DNA from: Alphaproteobacteria bacterium
GTDB taxonomy: Bacteria > Pseudomonadota > Alphaproteobacteria > UBA828
Direction of reading: 5' to 3'
DNA: 64,000 nt
Assembly (NCBI GenBank): GCA_965221125.1
Contig: CBDCRW010000005.1
Coordinates: forward strand, 288,001-352,000
Shown: positions 1 through 13,908 of the stretch, piece after piece
Numbering within the stretch: position 1 is the stretch's first letter
Layout: every line of letters starts with the position of its first letter
Notes under the pieces: generated by a model
What the model saw: the letters and a program-made list of their open reading frames with translations, nothing else
Databases searched by the model: none
Told to the model about the DNA's origin: nothing
Translations under genes and position numbers: made by a program

Positions 1-1178
1 TTCTGGGCGTTCGCATCGTGATCCACGCGGGGCAGCCGGCAGCGGCTGAGGGCGAGCCCGGTGCCGCCGGCGAGCCTGTTCCGGCCGGTCGCGGCAACAC
101 GGGCAAAACGCCGGTGCGCGCACAGGACGGCGTGCTGGCCGATTTCGGCTCGCCGCTCAACGGCCGCTTCACCTTCCGCGAGTTCGTCATCGGCGAGACC
201 AACGAGCTTGCCCACGCGGCGGCGCAGCAGGTGGCGGGCGTGGATCACCTGCCCTTCAACCCGCTCTACCTCTATGGCGGTGTCGGCCTCGGCAAGACGC
301 ATCTGCTGCATGCCATCGCATGGTGCATCCGGGACCGCGAGCCGGGGCGGCGCGTCGTCTACCTCTCCGCCGAGCGCTTCATGTACCAGTTCGTCCAGGC
401 GATCCGGCGCAAGGACACGGTGGCGTTCAAGGAGCGCTTCCGCTCCGCCGACGTGCTGCTGATCGACGACATCCAGTTCATCTGCGACAAGGAAAGCACG
501 CAGGAGGAGTTCCTCCACACGCTCGATGCGCTGCTCGAGCACCGCTGCCAGGTGGTGGTCTCCGGCGATCGCGCGCCGTCGCGCCTCGACGGCATGGGGG
601 AGCGCCTCAAATCCCGCCTTGCCGGGGGCCTCGCCGTCGACGTCCACCCCGCCAGCTACGAGCTGCGCCTCGGGATCCTGCGGGAGAAGGCGGCGCCGCT
701 CGGCATCGCCGACGCGCCGGCGGAGGTGATGGAATTCCTGGCCCGGCAGATCACGTCGAACGTGCGCGAGCTGGAGATGGCGCTCAATCGTATCGCAGCC
801 CATGCGGCCCTCCTCGGCGGCGCGATCACGCTGCAGACGACCCAGTCGGTGCTGCGCGACGTGCTCGGCGCGAAGGAGCGGCGGATCACGATCGAGGAGA
901 TCCAGCGCCGCGTCGCCGCGCACTACAACATCAAGCCGGCGGAGCTTTCCTCCAGCCGGCGCGCCCAGGCGGTGGTGCGCCCGCGCCACGTGGCGATGTA
1001 CCTCGCCAAGCAGCTCACCGCGCGCTCGCTGCCCGAGATCGGGCGCAAGTTCGGCAAGCGCGATCACACCACGGTCATGTACGCGATCCGCCGCATCGAG
1101 GAGCTGCGGGCGGGCGATGCGGCCTTGGACGAAGACGTGGAGTTTCTCTGGCGAAGCCTTGAAGACCCGCACCGTTGA
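1..1178 (+). CDS. dnaA: Chromosomal replication initiator DnaA (5' end lies outside the window)
   Basis: Walker A NPLYLYGGVGLGKTHL, LLIDDIQF, STQEEF, NVRELE and C-terminal RDHTTV. Frame is open to the window edge and domain I is missing. Confidence 0.97.
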   Translation, partial: LGVRIVIHAGQPAAAEGEPGAAGEPVPAGRGNTGKTPVRAQDGVLADFGSPLNGRFTFREFVIGETNELAHAAAQQVAGVDHLPFNPLYLYGGVGLGKTHLLHAIAWCIRDREPGRRVVYLSAERFMYQFVQAIRRKDTVAFKERFRSADVLLIDDIQFICDKESTQEEFLHTLDALLEHRCQVVVSGDRAPSRLDGMGERLKSRLAGGLAVDVHPASYELRLGILREKAAPLGIADAPAEVMEFLARQITSNVRELEMALNRIAAHAALLGGAITLQTTQSVLRDVLGAKERRITIEEIQRRVAAHYNIKPAELSSSRRAQAVVRPRHVAMYLAKQLTARSLPEIGRKFGKRDHTTVMYAIRRIEELRAGDAALDEDVEFLWRSLEDPHR

Positions 1179-1285
1179 CGGCTGCATGGCCCGAGTGGCC
1201 GGCTGAAAGCCGAAGGGGCACGGCGCGCCCTGCCCCGAGCGCTTGTCGCGCGCCGATAGTGCTGCGAATTCCGCCACTTCTCCGC

Positions 1286-6105
<4,820 letters not shown>

Positions 6106-6123
6106 CCCGCTCCAGGGAGGCCG

Positions 6124-8058
6124 ATGGCAACACGCCGCCGCTCGCCCCCGCCGAAGCGGCCCCGCGCGAAGGCGAAGGCCGCGCCCAAGAAGTCCAAGCA
6201 GGCTGCCGCCAAGCCGAAGACCGCCACTGCCAAGGGAAAGTCCGGCGGCGCGAAGCCGAAGGCGGGAGGCAAGACGCCCCGCATGCCAGCGCGGCGACGG
6301 CGGCTCGGCTGGCGCATCGCCAAATGGTCGCTCGTCTTCGTCCTCTGGCTGGTGGTGCTGGGCGCGGGCTTCGTCGGCTACTACGGGCACGACCTGCCCG
6401 ATACCGAGCACCTCACCGGGCCGGAGACGCCGCTCGCGATCACGGTGCTGGCGGCGGACGGCTCCGAGGTCGCCACCGCGGGCGAGATGTGGGGCGAGCT
6501 GATCCCGGCGGGCGAGATGGCGCCGGTGCTGCCGGAGGCCGTGCTCGCGATCGAGGACCGGCGCTTCTTCACCCACGGCGGCATCGACGCCTTCGGCGTG
6601 ATCCGCGCGGCCTGGCAGAACGCGGTCGAGGGCCGCGTGGTGGCCGGCGGCAGCACGATCTCGCAGCAGGTGGCGAAGCTGGTGTTCCTCTCGCCGGAGC
6701 GGAGCGTGAAGCGCAAGATCCAGGAGGCGATGCTCGCCTTCTGGCTGGAGCGCGAGTTCACCAAGGAGGAAATCCTCACGATCTACCTGAACCGGGCCTA
6801 CTTCGGCGCGGGCGCCTACGGCGTGGATGCGGCCGCGCGGCGCTACTTCGGCCGCTCCGCCCGCGACGTGGACGTGGCGCAGGCCGCCATGATCGCGGGC
6901 CTGCTGAAGGCGCCGTCGCGCTACAGCCCCGCCAACGACCTCAAGCTCGCGCGCAAGCGCGCAGGCGTCGTGGTCGATGCGATGGTGGACGCGGATTTTC
7001 TGACGGAGGCCGAGGGCGGGGCGGCGAAAGGACGGGTCGACGCCCTCACGGTCGCCCGGCGCAGCGGCCCGCCCGCCGGCTATTTCGTCGACTGGGTGCT
7101 GGAGCAGGTGCCGGGCTATGTCGGGCGCGACCATGGGGCGCTCCGCGTCTTCACGTCCCTTGAGCCCGCGCGCCAGTGGGCGGCGCAGGCGGCGCTCACG
7201 GACGTGCTCGCGGCCGCCGGCGAGAGCCGCAGGATCGGCCAGGGCGCGCTCGTCGCGCTGGACGAGAACGGCGCCGTGCGCGCCATGGTGGGCGGGCGCG
7301 ACTATTCCAGGAGCGTGTTCAACCGGGCGACGCAGGCGAGGCGGCAGCCGGGCTCGGCCTTCAAGACGGTGGTCTATCTCGCAGGCATCGAGGCAGGGCT
7401 CGCGTCCGACGACGTGCTCGACGACGCACCCGTCACCGTCGCCGGTTGGTCGCCCCGCAACTACGACGGCGAGTACCGGGGGCCGGTGACGGTGCGTGAG
7501 GGCTTCGCGCGCTCGATCAATACCGTGGCGGTCCGCGTCGGCCTGCGCGCCGGCGTGAAGGGGATTCATGCGGCCGCGCGCCGCCTCGGCATCGAGAGCC
7601 GGCTGCCGACCGATGCGAGCATTGCGCTCGGCTCGGGCGAGGTGACGCTGCTGGAGTTGACCTCCGCCTACGTGGCGCTCGCCAACGGCGGCGCGCGCGC
7701 GTTGCCGCACGGCATCGTCGAGATCCGCAACCGCGCGGGCGACGTGCTCTACCGCCGCGCAGGCTCCGGCGCGGGTCGGGCGGCGGATGCAGCGCCGGTG
7801 GCGGCGATGCGCGACCTGCTCCGCGCCGCCGTGGCGTGGGGCACCGGCCGCGCCGCCCAACTGCCCGAGGCGCTGGGGCCGGCCTACGGCAAGACCGGCA
7901 CCAGCCAGAAGTTCCGCGATGCGTGGTTCGTAGGCTGGGCCGAGGGACTCGCCGCCGGCGTCTGGCTCGGCAACGACGACGGCAGCGCGATGGACGAGGT
8001 GACGGGGGGCAGCTACCCGGCCGAGATCTGGCAGCGGTTCATGGTGGAATCACTCTAG
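6124..8058 (+). CDS. Class A penicillin-binding protein (transglycosylase/transpeptidase, PBP1A family)
   Basis: TM helix, EDRRFFTHGG, GGSTISQQ, RKIQE, YLNRAYFG, QPGSAFK (SxxK), SIN, KTGT. Confidence 0.93.
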   Translation: MATRRRSPPPKRPRAKAKAAPKKSKQAAAKPKTATAKGKSGGAKPKAGGKTPRMPARRRRLGWRIAKWSLVFVLWLVVLGAGFVGYYGHDLPDTEHLTGPETPLAITVLAADGSEVATAGEMWGELIPAGEMAPVLPEAVLAIEDRRFFTHGGIDAFGVIRAAWQNAVEGRVVAGGSTISQQVAKLVFLSPERSVKRKIQEAMLAFWLEREFTKEEILTIYLNRAYFGAGAYGVDAAARRYFGRSARDVDVAQAAMIAGLLKAPSRYSPANDLKLARKRAGVVVDAMVDADFLTEAEGGAAKGRVDALTVARRSGPPAGYFVDWVLEQVPGYVGRDHGALRVFTSLEPARQWAAQAALTDVLAAAGESRRIGQGALVALDENGAVRAMVGGRDYSRSVFNRATQARRQPGSAFKTVVYLAGIEAGLASDDVLDDAPVTVAGWSPRNYDGEYRGPVTVREGFARSINTVAVRVGLRAGVKGIHAAARRLGIESRLPTDASIALGSGEVTLLELTSAYVALANGGARALPHGIVEIRNRAGDVLYRRAGSGAGRAADAAPVAAMRDLLRAAVAWGTGRAAQLPEALGPAYGKTGTSQKFRDAWFVGWAEGLAAGVWLGNDDGSAMDEVTGGSYPAEIWQRFMVESL

Positions 8059-9080
8059 GGCGGGCCGGCGCGGTAGCCGTAAGGGGCGGTCTCCGCCTCG
8101 CATTCCTGCCAGGTGCGGATGGTGGCGTTGGTGTCGAGGCTCTCCAGGCTCAGCGCCGCCACGGAGACCGCGAGCGCGAGGCCGCGCGGCACCGGCCAAC
8201 CCTCGTGCAGGCCGTAGACGAGGCCGGCCGCGAAGGCGTCGCCCGCGCCGACCGCGCTCACGATGCGCGACTCCGGCCAGCGCACCGCCGCCTGCGCGTA
8301 CACGTCGCCCGCCGCATCCACCGCCACCGCGCCCTCGGGGAAGTGGATGGCCGCCACCTGCCGGACCCCCATCTCGCGGAGCCGCCGGCAGGCTTGCCCT
8401 GCCGCCCTCCAGTCGAGGGTCCCGCCGGGGCGGATCTCGATCTCCGTCACCGCCTCGCCCTCGAGGTCGTTGATGACGATGCTGTCGAGGAGCGGAAGGC
8501 ACGGCCGCACGATGGGGCGCAGCATCTCGCCATCCAGGCTCGCCATCTCCATGTTCGTGCGGAAGCCGAGCGCGCGGGCGCGTTCGAGAACCCGCGTCCA
8601 GCCGTTTCCGCCGTCCGGGTGCGGGCGGTCCAGGCGAGGGTGAAGGCCGGGGGCGCCCAGGTGGAAGATGCGGGCGCGCGACGCGCCGGGGTCGACGTGG
8701 CTCTCGTCCAGCAGGTCGGCGGTGCCCCGGAAGAAGAAGAAGGTCCGCCGCCCGGTCGCCTGCGACGCCATGACCTCGACGTAGACCTGCGGCGCCTCGG
8801 CCGTGAGCGTCATCCCGTCCGCCGCGATGCCGTGCCGGGCGAGGGCGTCGAGCACCACCCTGCCGTTCTCGTCGTCGCCGAGCAGGCCGTGGCACTCGAC
8901 CCGCATGTCAGGATCGAGCCGGCGCAGGTTCGCGGCGATGTTGTAGCCCGGCCCGCCGGCTGCGAGGTGGCGGCGGTCGATGAAGGTCGTCTTGTCCTCG
9001 GGCGGATAGGACTCGATGGCGAGGTTGTGGTCGGTGATGAACGACCCGAAGGTGAGCACGCCGCTTCTCGGCTCCGCCAT
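8055..9080 (-). CDS. PfkB/ribokinase-family carbohydrate kinase
   Basis: GGPGYN, GLLGDDENG, RRTFF, INDLE, SAVGAGDAF. Start set at ATG 9080. Confidence 0.88.
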   Translation of the reverse strand: MAEPRSGVLTFGSFITDHNLAIESYPPEDKTTFIDRRHLAAGGPGYNIAANLRRLDPDMRVECHGLLGDDENGRVVLDALARHGIAADGMTLTAEAPQVYVEVMASQATGRRTFFFFRGTADLLDESHVDPGASRARIFHLGAPGLHPRLDRPHPDGGNGWTRVLERARALGFRTNMEMASLDGEMLRPIVRPCLPLLDSIVINDLEGEAVTEIEIRPGGTLDWRAAGQACRRLREMGVRQVAAIHFPEGAVAVDAAGDVYAQAAVRWPESRIVSAVGAGDAFAAGLVYGLHEGWPVPRGLALAVSVAALSLESLDTNATIRTWQECEAETAPYGYRAGPP

Positions 9081-9132
9081 CCTGGTGTCTCCGCGATGCC
9101 TGCCGCGCTCGGGCGTCTCGTGCCGCTCAGGC

Positions 9133-10122
9133 TCACGCCAGGAGGGCGGGCTCGGTGATCCGCAGGTCGTCGTCGAGGGAGCGGGCCGGCACGAGGCCAG
9201 CCGCCCGGATCGCGGCGTGATACGCCTGGACCGCCTCCTCCGGCGCGAGCTCCCCGTCGACCACCAGTCGCATGTGGCGGACCATCTCGAGCGGAGACTC
9301 CGCGAGCTTGATCTTGCGGCCGAAGAGGGCCACGCGGGCGCCGTCCCGCTGGGCATTGGCCAGGAGCTGGAAGGTGTCGCGGTTGGTCCCCGCCGCCCCG
9401 CCGAGGATGCCGACGATCAGCTCGGGGTCGTAGGAGCAAAGCTCGGTCATCGCGCGCGGGCCGTTATAGGCGATCTTGAGGAAGCGGGGCCGCTCGGCCC
9501 GCGTCAGCCCCGCGAGGCAGCTGATGATGCGGTCGCCGACGTAGGCGCCGGTCTCCTCCAGCGAGGCGAAGCCCGCGTCGACGTTGGGGTTGAACACCTC
9601 CAGGAAGTAGCGCATGCCGCAGGCGCCTGCGTCCTCGCGGAAGTGCGCGAAGGCCTCGAGGCTCCGCAGGTCGTCGTCCACGCGGTTGTTGAAGGTGATC
9701 GAGTAGAGGCAGAGGTCGCAGCCGAGCTCGCGCGCACGGGAGAGCGACGCGGTGCGGAACGGGCGCGACGGCGTACCCGTGTAGGCGGCGCCCCGCCCGC
9801 CCCAGATGTCCGTCGTGTCGTTGGCGCGAATGGCGGGGGTGACCTGCGAGCGCTCGAACAGGTCCGCACCCAGCCGCTCCAGGGACGAGGACGAGACGAG
9901 CATCACGTCGACGATACCCTGGCGGGTGATCGCCCGGATCTCGTCGAGGTACCCGGAGAGCGGCCGGAACGCATCGAGCGGCCGCCCGTCCGCGCCGCGT
10001 TCCGGGCCGGGGGAGGGCCGCCCGCCGCCCATGTCGGCGTCCTTGGCGTCCGCGATGATGAAGTCGCCCCTTGCGCCGGCTCCCTGCAGGAGTGCCGCGA
10101 GCTTTCGATCGAGTGTCTTCAT
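9133..10122 (-). CDS. Uncharacterised TIM-barrel protein, class I aldolase-like
   Basis: Clean codon pattern and RBS. FLEVFNPN, FLKIAY (candidate Schiff-base Lys), ILGG and FGRKI resemble DhnA/LacD-type aldolases. Confidence 0.6.
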   Translation of the reverse strand: MKTLDRKLAALLQGAGARGDFIIADAKDADMGGGRPSPGPERGADGRPLDAFRPLSGYLDEIRAITRQGIVDVMLVSSSSLERLGADLFERSQVTPAIRANDTTDIWGGRGAAYTGTPSRPFRTASLSRARELGCDLCLYSITFNNRVDDDLRSLEAFAHFREDAGACGMRYFLEVFNPNVDAGFASLEETGAYVGDRIISCLAGLTRAERPRFLKIAYNGPRAMTELCSYDPELIVGILGGAAGTNRDTFQLLANAQRDGARVALFGRKIKLAESPLEMVRHMRLVVDGELAPEEAVQAYHAAIRAAGLVPARSLDDDLRITEPALLA

Positions 10123-10205
10123 GCAGGTGGCTCCCCAGGGTCGTGCCGTCCGCCGCGCTTCGCGGCGCATCAATGGGCCGGATTCTCCGGATTCGCAAAT
10201 GCGGG

Positions 10206-10838
10206 CTAGGAGGAGGCTTCGAGAATCTGCATGCGGATCGGGGTCGGGCGGCCCCCGGCAGCCGGGTTGTTGACTTGAGGGCAGTTGGAGACGATCGCGA
10301 GGACGTCGCGCTCGGCCCGCAGGTCGACGCGATCGCCGGGCCTGGACGGGCCGGCGACGAAGGTCCGCTCCGCCAGGCGGCCCCCGTCATAGACCGGCAC
10401 GGCGCAGAAGAAGTTCACGTTGGGCACGATGTCCGTCCATCCCAGGCCGTGCTCCGCGAGCGCGGCCAGGAAGTTCTCGCGGCAGCCGGGCACGCCTTCC
10501 ACGCCGTAGAGCATGGCGTTACTGGGGGCGCTGCAGCAGCCGGCGATGGTGTCGTGATGGCCGCAGGTGTCGGCCACGATCGTGAAGAGCGCGCGTCCCC
10601 GGTCCGAGTAGAGCGCGTGGCCCTCGGTCAGGCGAAGCGTGCCGCTCTTCTTGATGGTGTTCGGCGCGTTGTAGCGCTCGCTCGGATCGGCCGCGTCGTA
10701 ACAGAGGAAATCGACGCCCTGCTCGCCCTCCAGGTCGACGATGCGCAAGGTCTGGTCCCGCCGCAGGTGGGCCGACCACGGCGCGCCGGGTGCGACGATC
10801 TCGTCCCGGACGACAGGCAGCGCCCGCTCTTCATTCAT
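10206..10838 (-). CDS. DUF1989 urea/guanidine carboxylase-associated protein (CgdB/UAAP2-like)
   Basis: LRIVDLEGEQGVD, DTCGHHDTIAGCCS, CRENF, NVNFF, SNCPQVNNP; GGAGG RBS. Confidence 0.85.
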   Translation of the reverse strand: MNEERALPVVRDEIVAPGAPWSAHLRRDQTLRIVDLEGEQGVDFLCYDAADPSERYNAPNTIKKSGTLRLTEGHALYSDRGRALFTIVADTCGHHDTIAGCCSAPSNAMLYGVEGVPGCRENFLAALAEHGLGWTDIVPNVNFFCAVPVYDGGRLAERTFVAGPSRPGDRVDLRAERDVLAIVSNCPQVNNPAAGGRPTPIRMQILEASS

Positions 10839-10917
10839 CACCGTGCCCTCCACTCTGGCCCGCCGCGTAGCCTAGCTCATTTGGGACGCATCGAATCCCG
10901 ACGAGTCAGGTTCGCGC

Positions 10918-12216
10918 TCACGCGCGGTCGATGAGGTGGATGAAGGAGCCTGAGACCGTGCCCACGCTCATGCCGGCGTCACCCAGCGGCGCGCCGGTGG
11001 CGTCGGAGGCCGCGAACAGGGGTTGCTCGGCGTCTTCGGAGACCACGCGGCAGTAGTGGAACTCGTGGCCGCTGTAGGCGGTCCCCGCCCTGCCGAGGGG
11101 GCCGTCGGCGGCAAGACGCGCCTGGCGGTAGCCGAGGGCAAGCCCGCGGGCCTCGAAGCTGGTCTCAAGCGGCAGCAGGCCCGCCATGGCGTGGCGGCGG
11201 CCGTCGGCGTCCGCAAGCCCCCGGCCCAGCACCATGTAGCCGCCGCACTCGCCGAAGAGGACCGCGCCACGCCCCGCCGCAGCCCGCAGCCCGGCGAGGA
11301 AGCGCGGGGCGGCGGCGATGCGGCCTGCGTGAAGCTCGGGATAGCCGCCCGGCAGGTAGACCGCGTCGGCCTCTGCATCGGGCGCCTCGTCCGCGAGCGG
11401 CGAGAACGGCAGGACCGCCGCACCGGCGGCGCGCCAGTCCTCTAGCAGCGCCTCGTAGCAGAAGCCGAAGGCCGCGTCCCGCGCGACCGCCACCCGCTGG
11501 CCGAGAGGGGGGATCGCCGCGCCGGGCGCTTGCGTTTCCGACAGCAGCGGGCGGGCGAGGGCGGCGAGGGCGTCGGTGTCGACCGCGCCGGCGACGGTGG
11601 CGGAAGCGTCCTCCAGCCACGGCGCTTCGCTCTCGCAAGCCTGCACGAGGCCGAGGTGGCGCGAGGGCAGGCTAAGCGCGTCCGCCCTGGGCACGGCGCC
11701 GAGAACCGCGATGGCGCGCGCGTCGAGGGCGCCCCGCAGCAGCGTCTCGTGCGCCGCACTCGCCACCCGGTTGAGGAGGACGCCTTCAACCGCCACGTCG
11801 CTGCGGTGATTGGCGAAGCCTTCGGTGAGCGCCGCGACGGAGGCGCCCTGGCCGCGCGCGTCCACCACCAGCACCACGGGGAGCCCGAGCCGGGCCGCGA
11901 GGTCGGCGGTCGACCCGGTGCCGTCCCGCGCGCCGTCGAAGAGGCCCATCGCGCCCTCGCCGACGACGAGGTCTGCGCCCGCCGAGAGCGCCGCCACGCG
12001 GCGCGCCAGCGTCTCGGCCCGCATCCCCCAGGGGTCGAGGTTGACGCAGTCGTGGCCCGTGGCCAGGCGGTGATAGCCGGGGTCGATGTAGTCGGGCCCC
12101 GCCTTGAAGGCGCGGACGGCGAGGCCGCGGCTCCGGTAGTGCGCGAGCAGACCGGCGCACAGCACGGTCTTGCCGCTGCCAGACGCCGGCGCGGCGAGGA
12201 TGATGGCGGAGGCCAA
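10918..12216 (-). CDS. cobB: Hydrogenobyrinate/cobyrinate a,c-diamide synthase
   Basis: SGSGKT, KAGPDYIDP, EGAMGLFDG, SRHLGL, GGYPEL, ECGGYM, GHEFHY. Confidence 0.95.
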   Translation of the reverse strand: MASAIILAAPASGSGKTVLCAGLLAHYRSRGLAVRAFKAGPDYIDPGYHRLATGHDCVNLDPWGMRAETLARRVAALSAGADLVVGEGAMGLFDGARDGTGSTADLAARLGLPVVLVVDARGQGASVAALTEGFANHRSDVAVEGVLLNRVASAAHETLLRGALDARAIAVLGAVPRADALSLPSRHLGLVQACESEAPWLEDASATVAGAVDTDALAALARPLLSETQAPGAAIPPLGQRVAVARDAAFGFCYEALLEDWRAAGAAVLPFSPLADEAPDAEADAVYLPGGYPELHAGRIAAAPRFLAGLRAAAGRGAVLFGECGGYMVLGRGLADADGRRHAMAGLLPLETSFEARGLALGYRQARLAADGPLGRAGTAYSGHEFHYCRVVSEDAEQPLFAASDATGAPLGDAGMSVGTVSGSFIHLIDRA

Positions 12217-12219
12217 GGC

Positions 12220-12912
12220 TCAGCCCGTCAGCGCGCGCTCGATATCGATGGCGAGCTTGGTCGGCCCCTCTCTCGACTCGAAGGACTGGATGAACCTGCC
12301 GTCCGGCCCCATGAGGTAGAAGAACGACGCGTGGTCCACCATGTAGTCGGTGTCCTCCGGCCCCTCCGCGTGGGAGCGCCGGTAGATGCCGAAGGATTCG
12401 AGCGCGCGCGCCACCGCCTCCTCCGAGCCGGTGAGGCCGATCAGGCCGGGCACCAGCGCCGAGACGTAGGCCGAGAGTTTTTCCACCGTGTCGCGCTGCG
12501 GATCGACGGTGATGAAGAGGGGCTGGACGATGGTCTCCTGCGCCTCCAGGTCCTCGACCACCTGCGACATGGTGAGCATGGCGGAGGGGCAGACGTCGGG
12601 GCACCAGGTGAAGCCGAAGTAGATGAGCGTGTGCTTGCCGAGAAAATCCTGGTTGGTGCGCGGCGTGCCGGTATGGTCGATCAGCGAAAACTCGCCCTTG
12701 ATCTGCTCGGGCGCCAGCGCCATGCGGGAGACGTGGCTCTGGTTGACGGGGCCGAACAGGTTGCCGTCGGTCTGCGTGTAGATGAGGATCGCGCCGATGA
12801 TGAGGATCCAGAGCAACGGGTTGTTGCGCCTGAGCGGGTTCTTCGGTCCGCCTGGCTGCTGACCGCCGCCGGACGGCGGACCCATGCCGAACTTGCCGAG
12901 TTCCTTCCACAT
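12220..12912 (-). CDS. SCO1/SenC-family protein
   Basis: TM segment, YFGFTWCPDVCP (CxxxC), TVDPQRDT, YMVDHAS. Confidence 0.92.
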   Translation of the reverse strand: MWKELGKFGMGPPSGGGQQPGGPKNPLRRNNPLLWILIIGAILIYTQTDGNLFGPVNQSHVSRMALAPEQIKGEFSLIDHTGTPRTNQDFLGKHTLIYFGFTWCPDVCPSAMLTMSQVVEDLEAQETIVQPLFITVDPQRDTVEKLSAYVSALVPGLIGLTGSEEAVARALESFGIYRRSHAEGPEDTDYMVDHASFFYLMGPDGRFIQSFESREGPTKLAIDIERALTG

Positions 12913-13006
12913 GAGCGGGCTGTGCGTGGCCGGGGGGATCGCGCGGCGTCAGACTAGCCCCGCTACGGCCCGCGCGGCAAAAGGATTCGATCCTCTCCGC
13001 ACCCTC

Positions 13007-13861
13007 CTACCCCGCGACGCGGCGCCAGTGCCGGGCGAGAGCCTGGGCCGCTTCAGCCCTTGATTCGAGGGAGGCCACTGGGTCCAGGGCGCGGCGGAGC
13101 CGCACCACGTCGCCCACGACCACGAGGCAGGGGGCCTCGATGCCCGCGCGTTCAGCTGCTGCTGCGGCCTCGGAGAGCGGGGCTTCGACAACGCGCTCGG
13201 CCCCGGTGGTGGCATGGCTGATGAGCGCCACCGGCGTCTCGGCCTTCAGCCCGTTCCGGGTGAGCCGGGTGGCAATGGCGTCGAGCTGGCGGAGCGCCAT
13301 GTAGAAGATCAGCACCGGCGCGCCGTGCGCGATGGCCTGCCAGTCGAGCCCGTCCGGCACGCCGCCCGCCGCGTCGTGGCCGGTGAGCAGCGTCACCGCC
13401 GAGTTCGTGGTGCGATGGGTCATGGGGATGCCGGCCGCCGCCAGCCCGCCGGCAGCGGCGGTGACGCCCGGCACGAGGCGGACGGGGATGCGGGCGGCGG
13501 CGAGCGCCAGCGCCTCCTCGCCGCCCCGGCCGAAGACGAAGGGATCGCCCCCCTTGAGCCGCAGCACGCGGAGGCCCTGGCGGGCGAGGCGGATCAGGCG
13601 GCCGCAGATATCGGGCTGGCGGGCGGACGGCTTGCCGCCCCGCTTGCCGGCGTATTCGAGCGCCGCACCCGGCCGGGCGAGCGCCAGAATCTCCGGCGAG
13701 ACCAGGGCGTCGTAGACGACGCAGTCGGCGTGGGCGAGCGCGTTCGCCGCGTGCAGCGTGAGCAGCCCCGGATCGCCCGGCCCTGCGCCCACGAGCCAGA
13801 CGGAACCGGGCTCGATGGCAGGCAGCGCGGGCAGGCGCGGGGGCGTGGCGGGGTCGTCCAT
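13007..13861 (-). CDS. cobA: Uroporphyrinogen-III C-methyltransferase
   Basis: VGAGPGDPGLLT, GKRGG, RLKGGDPFVFGRGGEE, PGVTA, IPMTHR. Confidence 0.95.
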   Translation of the reverse strand: MDDPATPPRLPALPAIEPGSVWLVGAGPGDPGLLTLHAANALAHADCVVYDALVSPEILALARPGAALEYAGKRGGKPSARQPDICGRLIRLARQGLRVLRLKGGDPFVFGRGGEEALALAAARIPVRLVPGVTAAAGGLAAAGIPMTHRTTNSAVTLLTGHDAAGGVPDGLDWQAIAHGAPVLIFYMALRQLDAIATRLTRNGLKAETPVALISHATTGAERVVEAPLSEAAAAAERAGIEAPCLVVVGDVVRLRRALDPVASLESRAEAAQALARHWRRVAG

Positions 13862-13908
13862 CGCCGCACTCTACACCGGCCGGTGGCCTGCGCGGTATAA
13901 CCGGCGGG

